Of a stretch of 64,000 nt of DNA, positions 47,079 to 60,601 are shown in pieces (position 1 is the stretch's first letter; every line of letters starts with the position of its first letter). A program made the position numbers and the translations under genes. Below the pieces are notes generated by a model. That model saw nothing but the letters and a program-made list of their open reading frames with translations. It was not told the DNA's origin and searched no databases. The DNA comes from Xylographa opegraphella (taxonomy: Eukaryota): contig JALDZX010000010.1 in NCBI GenBank assembly GCA_022813865.1, positions 372,001 to 436,000 of the forward strand. The letters run 5' to 3'.

Positions 47079-48769
47079 ATGTCTGTGGACTACCTTCTTC
47101 ATGAATCTTCGGTAGGATATGCGGTTTTCCAAGTGGTCCATCAAGCCGATTCGGTCGGAAATCGTCTGAAAGAAGTTCAAGACTCCGTCCAGGTGAGATT
47201 CGGGGATTCTGCTGTCCAGAAGCGTTGAAGTACTGATTCTCCCAAGGATCTTGCGAAGTTTGGGAAGATGGTCAAGCTGGTCAGCTTTGCACCGTTCCAG
47301 TAAGCCTCCTAACATTCACTGAATCTACATCGTTGATTCCAAATACAGGGGAGCTGCGCAGGCACTCGAAAACGCAAACGATGTTTCCGAAGGTATAGCG
47401 TCAGAGTACCTACGCTCTCTATTGGAAGTCAACCTTCCAAAAGCTGGAAAAAAGAACAAGGTCACCCTTGGTGTGTCCGACAAGAACCTTGCTGGCAGCA
47501 TAAAAGCTGCGTTTACTGGTCTCGAATGCGAAACAGGAGACACCAGCGAAGTTGTCCAAGACATGTTGCGAGGAATTCGACAGCATGCACCAAAACTGCT
47601 CAAGCAACTTCAGGAGGGAGATGTTGAACGAGCCCAGCTTGGTCTAGGACATGCATACTCGAGAGCCAGGGTCAAGTTTAGTGTACAGAAGAACGACAAT
47701 CACATCATTCAGGCTATTGCTACTCTAGATCACCTGGACAAAGCTATAAATATGTTCTCAATGAGGGTAAGGGAGTGGTACTCGTGGCATTTCCCAGAAC
47801 TCATTCGCATCGTCTCGGAGAACCATCAATATGCAAAGTTAGCGCTGTTTATTGGTGATAAGAAGCGGTTATCTGATAACGATCTACATGAATTAGCCGC
47901 ACAGGTCAATGACGATGCAGACATTGCGCAAAGTATCATTGATGCTGCGAGAGTCAGTATGGGTCAGGATATTTCTGATGCAGACATGGAAAATGTCACC
48001 ACTTTCGCCTCAAGGGTTGTCAGCTTGGCAGATTACCGTAAATCTTTACACAATTATCTCGTGTCGAAAATGGGTATTGTGGCTCCAAATCTGGCGGCCT
48101 TAATAGGTGAGATCGTTGGAGCTCGGCTAATATCACATGCTGGAAGCTTGACAAGTCTATCAAAATACCCGGCGTCCACGGTACAGATTTTAGGGGCGGA
48201 AAAGGCTCTCTTTCGCGCTTTAAAGACAAAAGGGAATACTCCAAAATATGGCTTGATCTACCACTCTTCTTTTATTGGCCGGGCCGGTCAGAAGAACAAG
48301 GGTAGAATATCAAGATTTCTTGCAAACAAGTGTTCTATTGCTTCAAGGATAGACAACTTCTCAGAGGCTCCTAACACCAAATTCGGTGACGCACTTCGGA
48401 AGCAGGTCGAAGAAAGGTTGGAATTCTATGCCTCCGGTGCACCACCAACCAAGAATGAGACCGCAATGGTATGTGTCTTGTCTACTGAAATTCTACGAGA
48501 AGTTGGCTGATAAATGCAAGAAAAATGCTATGGATTCTGTTCTTGCAGATATTGACGTGGAAGACCCGACAGCGCACATAGATAGCGATACTGAGATGGC
48601 AGATATCGCTCCACGAGCTGTCCAAAAACAAGAAAAGCAGAAAAAGGATAAAAAGGAGAAAAAATTCAACAAAAGCAACGGGATGGATGATAAGCAGAAG
48701 AAGCGAAAGCATGGCGAAGCGAACGGAGAAACGGATGGGAAGAAGCAAAAGAAGAGTAAGAAGGCCTGA
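47079..48769 (+). CDS. NOP56: Box C/D snoRNP protein Nop56
   Basis: [81 protein letters not shown], Lys-rich tail. Confidence 0.96.
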
Positions 48770-49120
48770 CGTGTCCTCGTGAGACCATTTGTTCGTTGCA
48801 TTGGCGCTTGGAGTGTTCAAAAGGGGCATGATTTAACGTGTAAATCGTCCGGACATTGCTTGTTTACTGAGGTATCAATTGTCCTTGAGAATTCGGGAGA
48901 TTCCCGAGCAGCTAGCTGTTCGTTGTGCTCTTTGCTTTCTTTAATCCAACTTGCGTGAGGATGGAATTATAGTACCTCGTAGTTGACCTAAGGTGCCTTT
49001 GTATCCCAGAGAAAATCGTTGCCTAGCCAACCGGAACATCGCTTATGTAGAATCGCGAAACCTTGCTGCGAGGACGTTAAAATCAGCGCAGTCAAGTCCC
49101 AAGCTGTGGCTACATGCGCC

Positions 49121-51431
49121 ATGTCAGTTCGAGTAGTTGCAAGAATAAGACCTCTACTCAAGGCAGAACTGGAAAAAGATACCATTGTCACTGCAGTTAC
49201 AACCAACAACGAATCCCCAGAACTCCCGACTATCGTGCGCATCCCGAATCCAAAGAACGAGAACGAGGACTTCAGCTTTCACTTCAACAGTGTTTATGAT
49301 CAGGATGCTACACAACAAGATCTTTTTGAGAACGAAGGCATGTATCATCAATTCCCAAGTCCACGCAGATTCTGGTGGCATTGCCGCTGACAACTATTTA
49401 CACAGTCTCACCAACCATAAAGCATCTTTTCAACGGTCTCGATGTCACCATTTTCGCCCATGGAAATACTGGCTGTGGTAAGACACATACAATGCGAGGT
49501 GGGAAAGCGCTGGCAGACCGTGGGATGATTCCGCGCCTACTAAGTGGCATATACCGAAGGAGTAGGAAGATCGAGAAGGATTCAAGCGGCGAATCTACCG
49601 TACAAGTCAACATGAGCTACTTCGAGATCTACAATGATAGAGTGTTCGATCTCTTTGAGGCTCTAGAGAACAGAACAACGTCTGGCCTGCAATTGAGAGA
49701 TAATGGAGGGAAGACGGTCGTAGTTGGCCTGACTGAGCGGCCTTGCGAGAGCCTTAAAGAATTTGAGAAACTCTATGACGAAGCGAACATGAACCGATCA
49801 ACGAGTGCGACGAAGGTATATCAGTCTCGTAGCTACAAGTCCCACCTATTGCTCACGTTTGCTAGCTCAACGCCCATTCTTCAAGATCGCATGCTGTCCT
49901 GTGTGTGAAGTTGGTAATCACAACAGGAGACCAGACAAGAACAAGCACAGCCTCTGCAATTGACCTTGCTGGCTCAGAGGACAACAGGAGAACCGACAAT
50001 GGGAAAGAGAGACTTGTGGAGTCGGCAAGCATCAACAAAAGTCTTTTTGTCCTTGCGCAGTGCGTGGAAGCGATTAGCAAAAAACAGGCCCGTATTCCCT
50101 ATCGAGAATCGAAAATGACGAGGATACTTTCACTAGGTCAGAACAATGGAGTGACAATAATGATCTTAAATCTTGCGCCAGTGAGGTCGTACCACCTCGA
50201 CACCCTTAGCTCATTGAACTTTGCCAATCGAACCAAAAAAATCGAGGTTAAGGAAATCGAGAACGAGCCTGTATTCAAGGGCTATCCACGTTCGTTGCAT
50301 TCAACAATGGGAAGTTCAATGCAGCGACAACCTCTGAGGCCTTTGGCCACCTCCACCCATAATACCATATCTAGGCCCCCAGATCAACCAGCTAAAACAG
50401 GCGGTAAACCTGGAAAGACGTTCTCGGTCTATTTTGATAAGTCGCGACCACAACAAATCATTCCCGCTGCCACCGCTCGACGGTCAGACATTCAAATGCG
50501 CTCGTCTCCTTCGAAGAGGCCCTCGGATTCGCACATATCGAATGTCGGGCGGCCTGCCAAAATGTCTCGTCGAAGTCCTCCGACATCCGAAAGACCTCAA
50601 GCTGCCATATCCAAAGCTGCCATTGAGGACATCATAGAAAAGAAAGTCACAGAGCTTCTGGCGGCCCGTGCTCTAGATCAAAGCTCGATCGCACCTATAC
50701 CTGCCATAAGTGAAGAAGTGCAGCGACGTCTCGACTTGCTTGAGCAGAAAATTGAAGGGAAGGACGACGACAGGGCCGAGGGTTTAACATTCTTGCTGAT
50801 GGCCAAGCAACACCATGTCCGCAGGGAGGATTCCAGTGCGCTAAGGATGTATGAGTTGGCCAAACAATACTTCCCCGACAATGCAAAGCTGGAATCAAAG
50901 ATAATGAATCTACAGGAAAAATTGAGGAAGAGACGTGACGGTGAGGCCTTGAGCGACGGTTCGATCAAAGCTTTCAGCACAACATCAGCAATGGCAAGTA
51001 TGCCGAGTCAACTACCCAGCGTTGACAAAGTCAAAGTAGATGGCAGCCACGATACAGATTTCATCTATCACGACGAGGACGACTACCAATCTGACGATGG
51101 CTTCCGGTACAAGCCGAAGGCGAATAAGGTTCGACGAATAAAGGTATCGCCTGCAATAGTGTCTGCAATTGAAGATGAGGCGCAAACCCCTCGAAGTCGA
51201 CGGCTCCTCGAGATAATCAACACACGAGACATTGATCAGATTCGACTTCTCAAAGGCGTCGGGCAGAAGAAAGCAGAAGCAATCGTGGCCAGCCTCTGCT
51301 CGGAAGACGAGGGCGCAACCGCAGGAAGGATCGTCGAGAACTTGAGCCAGCTGGGACGCCTTAGAGGAGTCGGAATGAAGACGGTGGAGAACATGCGCTT
51401 TGGATTGGCAGGGACTTTTGATGATGCATAA
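49121..51431 (+). CDS. Kinesin-10 (KIF22/Kid-like) chromokinesin with C-terminal helix-hairpin-helix
   Basis: VRVVARIRP, P-loop GNTGCGKTHTM, YFEIYND, SSRSH, DLAGSED, RIPYRESKMTRIL; HhH motifs LKGVGQKKAEAI and LRGVGMKTVE. Confidence 0.92.
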
Positions 51432-52403
51432 CTCACTCAGCGGGAAATGATTGAGGATTCTTTTAGACCGGGATAACTGGCTGCTTACCTTGGGTATGTA
51501 CCATGGGATGAGAGTTTTGATGACTGTCCGATCACTTGTCACGTTGCGGCGTAGCATGAGGATGGATCATGATCCGCAAGTCCCACGACTTGGCTTTTTA
51601 ATGCAGCACTCTCTCTGTACACGCGAAGAAGTGAAATAGTGGAGAGGTCGACATATCAGAGTGAGCTGCGTCAATTCGACCATTTGTAGGGCAAGGGTAG
51701 TAGTATCACTAAGATCCTCAGGCTGGGCGTGTCCGGTCGTGTACACGAGGTCAATAATTACGTGCAGGAAACTACCCAGGTAGGTAGGTAAGGTACAGCA
51801 CTACGCCGAGCACGCCTCGCATGCCTCCATGCATGGATGTCAGAGTCAAGGGTAGCCCACGCATCAGATTATGATTGGTGCCGCCCGTTTGGGTCCATGC
51901 GTGCAGCACACGGTCTCGGAACCCAATAATCATCTCCAGGAGTCCTCCATCTCACATCAAGTTATTTTCGTCGTCAGAGTTCAACCCGACTGACAAAGGA
52001 CTGGTGAGAAAGAAGACCCGGGCTGGGTGCCGCACAGCCGGGCGCTCGTAGTCGCGGTTTCGGCTTTATGCTTCGCGCGCCCGGCCGTCCAACTTTCTCC
52101 ACTCAGCAGCATTATTAATCCCCCTTCTTCGCAAAGCCCATTTTTGTAGGAGATGATGCCGATTCAAACGCAGTCCGAGTTTTGGTCCGTAGGGCCAATG
52201 AGTCACAGCTTTGCGTAGTACCTGACAGCGCTCGTTCTGCTCGTTCGCGATCAGAACCCTCATCCTGCAGGGCCTCCATTATAAGGCTTGGGTTATATAA
52301 GAACCGGAAGTCTCCCTGTGTATGACCATTCGAACAATCAACAAGGTCAAAGGACAAGAGTACAGTTACCACTTGTGTTACACTACTGAACGCCTTGGTT
52401 ACT

Positions 52404-53868
52404 ATGCCTGCGCCCGTCGAGAAAGAGGATGCTTTCCGAGACAAGGAGACCTTGAACGAGCAATCGTCGAGCGGATCCTTCTCTCAAGATGATGTCCAGT
52501 CCCACACAGAGGCGAATATCATGCCGGAGACAGAAACGCAGCTAGATCATCCAGACGAAGAGAAGGGAAACCTGGAAAAATCAACGACAGTAATAAGTGC
52601 CATGGATCCGAGGTCCTTTCCTGACGGCGGTCTTCAAGCGTGGTTGGTAGTCCTTGGGGGCTTTTGTTGTCTGTTTTGTAGCTTCGGCTGGATCAATTGT
52701 GAGAGCAATGCCCCTGCACATCGACATCAGAAGACTAAAATTCCACGCAGGTATAGGAGTTTTTCAGGATTACTACCAGACCACCATGCTACGTCAATAT
52801 TCCCCCAGTACTGTCTCTTGGATCGTGTCTCTGGAGACATTCATGATGTTTCTTGGTGGACCCATCATGGGAAAACTCTATGATAACTATGGACCCAAAT
52901 ATCTGCTCCTCGTCGGCACCTTTCTACACGTATTTGGACTGATGATGACCTCCATCTCCACGGAATACTACCAATTCATCCTTGCCCAAGGCATATGCTC
53001 GCCCATCGGCGCCTCCGCTGTCTTCTACCCAGCGCTGTCTGCTGTAGCCACCTGGTTCTTCCACAAGAGAGCGCTTGCCTTCGGCATCATGGCAAGCGGA
53101 TCCTCTCTAGGCGGCGTGATCTTCCCCATTCTCGTCCAGAACCTCATCCCCAAGATCGGCTTCCCCTGGACCATGCGCGTCTCGGCCTTCCTCATCCTGG
53201 GTCTCCTCATCATCGGCAACTTGACCGTGAAATCACGGCTGCCACCGAGCCCGAAGCCCTTCTCCTTCATGGCCTTTGTCAAACCCCTCAGCGAACCCAC
53301 CTTCGCCCTCCTCACCCTCGGCGCCTTCTTCGTCTTCTTCGGCATCTTCATCCCCTTCACCTTCATCCAGTTGTCAGCCCAAGCCCTAGGCATGTCGACC
53401 CACCTATCCAACTACCTCCTCGCCGTCCTCAACGCCGCCTCCATCTTCGGCCGCACGATCCCCGGCTACCTGGGCGACCGCTTCGGCCGCTTCAACGTCA
53501 TTGTCGTCCTCAACTTCTTCAGCGCCATCATCATCCTCGCCCTCTGGCTGCCGGCGCGCGGCAACGCCCCGATCCTCGTCTTCGCCGCCCTCTACGGCTT
53601 CGGCTCCGGCGCCTTCGTCTCCATGGTGCCGGCCTGCCTCGCGCAGATCAGCAACATCAAGGAAATCGGCGTCCGCAACGGCACCGTCTTCGCCATCGTG
53701 AGCTTTGCCGCCCTCTGCGGGAATCCCATCGCCGGCGCCCTGCTCGGCAATGGGACGTCGTTCACCAAGGTCATCATCTTCGCCGGGGTGGTCTATCTGG
53801 CCGGTGCTGTCATCTTCCTCCTCACGAGGGCGACTTTGGTGAAGTGGAAGATCGCTACGAAGGTTTGA
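52404..53868 (+). CDS. MFS monocarboxylate-porter family transporter (Mch-like), 2 exons
   Basis: [65 protein letters not shown]; about 12 TMs. Confidence 0.95.
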
Positions 53869-54442
53869 TGGGTCGTGAGTGGGTCTGGCTCCGCAGCGGT
53901 GGGTTATGGATATTAAGTTGCATCTAAGCATTACAGGAAGGGTTATTTGCATTCGCGGAGCTGTATTATGGATGCAATATTTTCTTGTCAATTATAGAGG
54001 GGGCAGCATTCGCATCGAGTGGCGTTTTGGATACCCCGCAAGCGACCAATCTCTGCATTTAAGACGGCGCTTATGGTATTCACTGATCGGATGGTTGAGA
54101 TATTGATTCTCTCTGAACAGCGCAGTTTGTACATATAAGATCCACATGAGAACTTTGATTGTGCACTTTCTCAGAGTTTCTCTCGGACATGTTCATGTCA
54201 CGAATCAGTTGTGACTACTGTTCGTCCAAGTACACTTTTCACCCCCAACAAACAAACGCGCGGATCATAAAGCGCGCATGCGTTTGTGGCCAACCCACCA
54301 TCCCCAAGCCGATGCTCGTTCCGAAACGCCATGCTGAAGCTACGTAGTGTGTCGTACTCTGGGAGCAAGTTGATCTTATCGTCTCGAGGCTCAATCTCGT
54401 TTCCTTCTTTGGGGAACCTCGACCACATTCAAACCAGCATAT

Positions 54443-55857
54443 CTAATTCGCGACAGCTTGTGAGAGTAGCGCTGTCCTGAAGGAGATGCCCTTTGTCCGC
54501 TCAATGACCTGTTGGTAGACAGATTGCGGCGGGTGGTTCATGACCACCGTGCCATCCTTGTAGTCGATCTTCGCGTCGACGCGCGTGTCGCGGATGAGGT
54601 TGACGATCCATTTCTCGCCCTCGTCTTGGTTCAGACCGAGGCGAGCGGAGAGGTCCCTGCATGCCCGTATTAGTATACGTAGCAGTCGAATGACCGAATT
54701 GTAGAGCCTTACTTGATATCGATCCGCTGATGAATTTTGCAGTAACTCTCCGAGATCAGATGCCGGGCCGCATCCACGAAACTGTCGGCCGCGGCCACCA
54801 GGAAGAAGTCCCCTTTCAGCACTTCTTCCGCCTCCCCGAGCTTCTTCTGCGCCTCTTCGAAGTCGAAATCGATGTACAGCGCTTTGACAAAGTCTGTGAC
54901 GGGGTCGTTGTACTCGTAGTTCTCTTGCCTCACGATGCGCACGAGGTCCTTGAGCTGCTTCTGGTATTGACCTGTGTTTCTAGTCCGGTTTCTGTTGGTG
55001 ATGACAGCGGCAGCTAGGTAGCGGAGAATCCACGGGCAGTTGGTCTGAATGGTATTGATGAAAGCTGGAGTGAAGAAGAGGTCGCAAATCGTCTCTCGTG
55101 CGGGCTCGTAGTTGAAGAATGGGAACAGCGCCCAGTGGATGAGCCACGTCCGATGCTGGAGTTGTGCGAGTGGATTGCTGAAGAGCTTGGTATCTATTGA
55201 TTCTTTGACTTTATTGACCTCTTCCATAACAAGCTCCCAGTTTGTGGTTAGGATGTCAGCCGCCAATTTGCCCCAAGTTGCCGATGTGGCCTTGTCGTTG
55301 TCGGTAGACAGAATGCGGAATTGGTCAAGTAGATGGGCTGCATCCCCGTAGTTACCACAGCTGTATTGAAAGCGGCCGTAATCGTAGAGCATGTCCACCA
55401 TTTCAATCGTTACGCCGTGAGACGTTTCGAGAAACTTCAAGTTGGCCACCTTGTCACTGCGCAAGTTCGAGACAACGCTTTCGTCATTCAGCAAGTCCAT
55501 TATCTGACTGGTTTCTTCGGTGAAAAGCTGCAGTCTCTGTAACACCTCCTCCCTCTTTTTGACAAATTCCTCTGGAACATCGTCGCTGTCGTTGATCTCT
55601 TTCCAGAGGTTCGCTACATAGTCCGTCATGTTCGTAGGCTTAAGGAGTTCATATTTGCTCCTGGTCGTGTCCAGATAATCCTTGGATTCCTGTCCAGACA
55701 CAAACTCCAGAAGAGGGTATATGAGATGCCGGTCGAAGTGGGGGATCAGTTTGGGGAGTAAGTCATATTCTTCTGCGATATCACCAGTTGTTTCGGGGGC
55801 ATGAGATACGCTCCCATTCAACATCGTCTCTGCTGAGACTGGCTCGTGGTCGGTCAT
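54443..55857 (-). CDS. INT6: Eukaryotic translation initiation factor 3 subunit E
   Basis: [62 protein letters not shown]|...[18 protein letters not shown]. Confidence 0.97.
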
Positions 55858-56971
55858 GTTTGTGGTTGAGTGTTTGACTTGTAATGGAAAGCGACAACCA
55901 CACCATGTTGTCTTAGAGAAATGTGCGCCAAGATTTTAACGCTAGCGGGGCCTGGTTGAATACTCGTTTTGCCTCAAGGTTTCCAACAACCTATTTATCA
56001 ATTATTTGTTTCTCGCGATGATCATATCAAATTCGAGCATCATGAAAGCCACTCTGTAACGAGAAAATATTAGTTGAAATATAAGCCTTTGAATCGATAA
56101 AGCTCACATTCCATTGAGTTGTAATCTTTCTTTCTTCCGTTCAACTATAATGTATCCGATTTAGATCATCCGGATATCGTCTTGTTCGAGCAGTATACTG
56201 TTTACAGTGCTTGTGAACAATGTAGGGTATCGTGATACCCACTTGTCTCCTGCCTCAGGATGGTATTCGTTTCTAGTTGATTGTTCTGAATATTGCAAAA
56301 TTTCTATTCGTCCTACTAAATTCTACGCTATCTCAGTCATATAGTCGCCATGAGCATAACCCACCTCGTAAAGAGGATTGAGTCTTCAGATCTCTAGGAT
56401 AGACGCGAGACATATCTTGCGAAACCCAATAAGTAGGATACTTTGTCATGAAGATTGATTACAACGACCATCCGCTTCATCAAGTCAATGAACAGTTCTC
56501 CATCTCATCCCGGACAGAAACCCTTTACGTACCGCGGGGAAATGGCAGAGGGCTTCTATCGTCAAAGCTTCTGGTACCCTCGAACTCCAAGAAACTTGAA
56601 CAATTAACCGGAGCGAGAAGATATATTCAAGGTCGTTTTGGAGGAATCTCCACAGAGCCTCTTAATTGACTTGAGGTGTCGAGCTTCCAGGTAAGGTGGC
56701 CCCGCTTCGACGACAAAGTGCAATGCACCGAAGGAGATTTTATTGTGAAAGATCTTGCTGTTGCAACCGGTGCTTGCTCGGACAGACGACTTGGTTAAGT
56801 ATTAGGAGATATGGTTATTCCTCACTTATCTCGCGTGCTTACCAAACACTCTGTGGTCATATCTTTCGTTTTATCCCAAACATACCAGGATAATGGAGAA
56901 GCAGAGGCAGGTAAGGGGGTTCTTAGTTTCAGCTCTTTGATCTAGTATACAGGCATCCGATTGAAGCGACA

Positions 56972-59492
56972 TTACACTTCCACAGCATCGAAATAGACAT
57001 CCCTTTGAAGATCGCCCTCGTCCCCTTCGTCGATGTTGATCTCGATCTCCCTGACTATCACACTTAGCTTTTCGGTAACATCTAGCTCTATGGCATCGGA
57101 GGTTTGCTCGTTGTCGTCTGTGCGACGATTGAGCTTCTGCACGAGCTGGGCAAACGCCTCTTGTAGCAACTCTCCTTCCGATACTGTCGATTCCGAGCGG
57201 CTCAAAAGTAGGAGTCTATCTTCCAAGTACTCAGCACTTGTTCGTCCATCAACATCTCTTGATGCTGTGTCTAGCACCAATCCATCCACTTGCTCGTCAA
57301 TCAGTATTTTCACAGTCTGCATATCTGCCGTCCGAGCGATACTGTGCGCGAAAGTGTGCCCATATGAGTTTATGCCGTGAAAGTCAGCTTGTACAGTTGA
57401 GAATTCTATCATGGAGCATAAAGAATCGTGTGCATTGAACATTATCGCGAATCGCAACGGAGAGTCGCCTGAAAGGTTTATTACGTTTACATCTGCCCCA
57501 TTTGCGATGAGGCTGTCGACACAAGCCGTGTTAGATTTAAGTGCTGCATCATGAAGTGGCGTCTGCCCATCACGATCACAAAGATTTGGGTCCGCACCAA
57601 AGCTTAGGAGGAAAGACAGCAGGGACAGATCTCCACTACCACGACAAACTGTATGAAGTGCTGTAGCACCCCAACAGTTGCGCGATGCAATATCCGCCCC
57701 GTGGCGAAGAAGCATTTCAGAGCATGCAGCGTTTTTCGAGTAGTGAAGCGGGGAACTATTTTGTCGGTCTGCGAGATTCGAGTTGGCGCCATATTCAAGA
57801 AGGACCTGTACCTTTTGACTATCCCCGCGCGCAGCCGCCCATGAAAGAGGAGAGCGACCTTGAGAGTCAAGCGTATTGATTTCCGAAGTCGAGCCTTCAA
57901 GTTCCCTTCGAAGGTCTTTACTCAGGAGGCCAAGGACAATCTTGTGGAGCACAGTGAATTGTCGCGTCGACAAATAATCCGTGTCTTTGAACAGTTCTAC
58001 AACGGCAGCTGTATCTTCTTGAGAAAGATTTGCAGAAAGTGCATGCTCCCATGCCATTACTACAGGAGTTCTACATGACTTTAGCTTGGTGTCTGCTACT
58101 AGGAATCAGCCAATTTACCTTTTGCAATCATCCTCGAGCAAAGGGTCAGCGCCAGCTTCCAGTAGCAGACGACAGACATTGGCGTTAAAATGGTCCGTAG
58201 CATACTATGAAGCAATGAGCAATGTCAGCGATATTCTCCTTAGTTCGATGAGAGCTTATCGAGAACGGTGCGTCTTACGTGCAATACCGATCCACCAATT
58301 GGATTCATATCCCAGGGAGAAGCCTCACCACGAGCAAAGAGATCTTTGATCGCATTCTCGTTCCCATCAATCGCTGGTCTCCAGACAGGAGATGTCCAAT
58401 CAACGACTCTGGGAAGCTTGACCATCAACTCCGGGCCGCGCAAGTCGGCAAAGGACATGGTCATTGAAAGAACACGCTGAATCAACGCTTGAGGAAATCG
58501 GTAAGTCACAGAAAATGATGGCGATTGACGACGCCGGCAGGCGTGTTGATCACACGATGCTGCCAACATAGGGAGTCCACAGTATGTCAGACAGAGGCTG
58601 CCGAACACGTTGCTGATTAATTGGGCGGACTTCCACGATTGAGCCTTGTGGCATTTGCAGCTGCACCAAGCAGTGCAAGCATTCTGGGATGATTGTAGAT
58701 CCCGAAGTTTATCGGGATACACTGCTGAAGGCCTTCTGATATCTCCTTGTTGTATCAACTGTTGGGGTAGTTTCCGCGTCATTTCTGGAACAACTATATG
58801 GTGGATGGGCGATTCAGAAACAACGTCAGCGTAAGTCGGCAGGGAGGCCTGCTCAATTTCGATATCGTCGGTGAGGAGAGATAGCAGGCGAAGGACTCGA
58901 ACTTGGGAATGGGCGACATCTTCAACGCTCTTCTCAATTCTTGCCACTGCAGATCTACGGAAGCCCCGCTCGTTAGCGCCGCTCGAGGCGAATTCGCTCA
59001 GCTGCTCTGTACTCCGTGTATGGTTTCGTCCAGAGAAAGCCGGCGCACTAGGAGTGCAAGGGCAAGTACTCACGAAGTAAAAGCACCCATTGCGGTGGTG
59101 AGAGCCAGTCGAATGTCTTTCAAGTCGTCGCGGTACCTCGACAAGCTCTGTTTGCCCCGAACGATCCCGCCCCACAATGCCTTGAGCTCTTCTTTGCGCG
59201 ACTGGCCCGGAATGTCTCGTTCGAGTGCGCGTTCGAGCTGGCCGAGCTTGTCGCCAGCTCGCTGCACCTGGACAAACAGCATCGTTGTGCTCGTACTGCC
59301 ATGTTTGTGGTCGTGGATGTCCAGCGCACAGCAGTCGGACAGCACGTCGTGAATGTGTGCGATCTCCTTGAGCAACAGGCGGTACTCGGCGGGAAATTCC
59401 TGGATTGCCTTCAGCGTCGCAATGCATCGGGCAGCCTGGACCACGATGCCCGCGATGCCTGCGATGCTGACCGTCAGGGAAAGAGGATCCAT
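56972..59492 (-). CDS. HeLo-like/STAND-N-terminal-domain plus ankyrin-repeat protein (no NTPase domain), 4 exons
   Basis: MDPLSLTVSIAGI N-terminus, CTAWCSCKCH...CDQHAC module, and ankyrin repeats (GRSPLSWAA, GATALH, GQTPLHDAA, GDSPLRFA). Introns verified in frame. Confidence 0.85.
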
Positions 59493-60601
59493 CGTGGCAA
59501 GATGATTGGTGTAAGTGACAAATAGCTTCGGTGACTTTGTAGTCCAAGCTGAGATATGCTTTTACTGCTCCGGAGTGGAAGGCAAGTTCATAATATCCAC
59601 TTCGCCCTTCAGGCTCGCCCGGGATGGAACGAAGAGAGAGGAGGCGATGTCTGCAAGACTCGAAATACCGTTTTGTCAGTCGACGGCCAGACTCTTCAAA
59701 TACGGCGGTAAAAATGCCCCACGGCGAGTATCTTTAGGTGCATACCTAGTCCTACTGTAGGCAGGCTGGAGACAGCACCTGCATGGTGTGCATTGTACTT
59801 GCCCTTCAACCAATCAGGCTTGATACGACGCGCTCGTTCTGCACCACGGACGAGGGGCAAGGCATTGTAGCCCGCCTCCATCCTTACCTCAATTCAGTAA
59901 GCTCAACTGCCAAGCTATTATTAGAGGCTGGAAACATCAGGTCAAGATATTTTGACAGCTTTGTCTTCCCATATATAGCAACACGCCAATCAACGACGAG
60001 TATTGTTATTCATATCAGCACGAGATGGTGATGTTGATAAACAGCACGCTTGAATTATTTTGCGCTGCTTTGGTTAGAACATCTTGTCTGAGGTTTCTGC
60101 GTGCCGCTCCGAAGAATCAATCTGCCTGCGTTCTGATGTAACAGAATTCTCTGTCAGAAACAGGATATATGTTCTGCTATAATATGGGATATCGTTAATG
60201 CGGGCGTCACTGTCATGTGTTCGACCTGCCACTGCTCGCATAGTCCCTAGATCGTTCGCTCCTTGGTCTGTACCGAAGACGGACTTTGTTCATAATATTG
60301 GATTCCGGAATTTCAATTAGAGGCAAGAATAGGGGTAGTATTCGGCAAAGTGAAAGGACTCGATCCAGGCAGATATACTTCTCAAAAGCGTTGACAATAG
60401 ACCTCGGAAAGAATTTTGTCACCTTTGCCTTGTCGTATATCACGAGATCTCACAGGTTGCAAACTTCCTCGTGCTGTACGGTAGTCTCATGCAGGCATTG
60501 CTTCCGTCTCATCACATATTGATTCCCAATTCAGCAAATGGCTATTGAAGCTAGGTCTAAGAGGCGAGCGCTCCTCGAAGCACGGATGGACACCGCATCC
60601 C

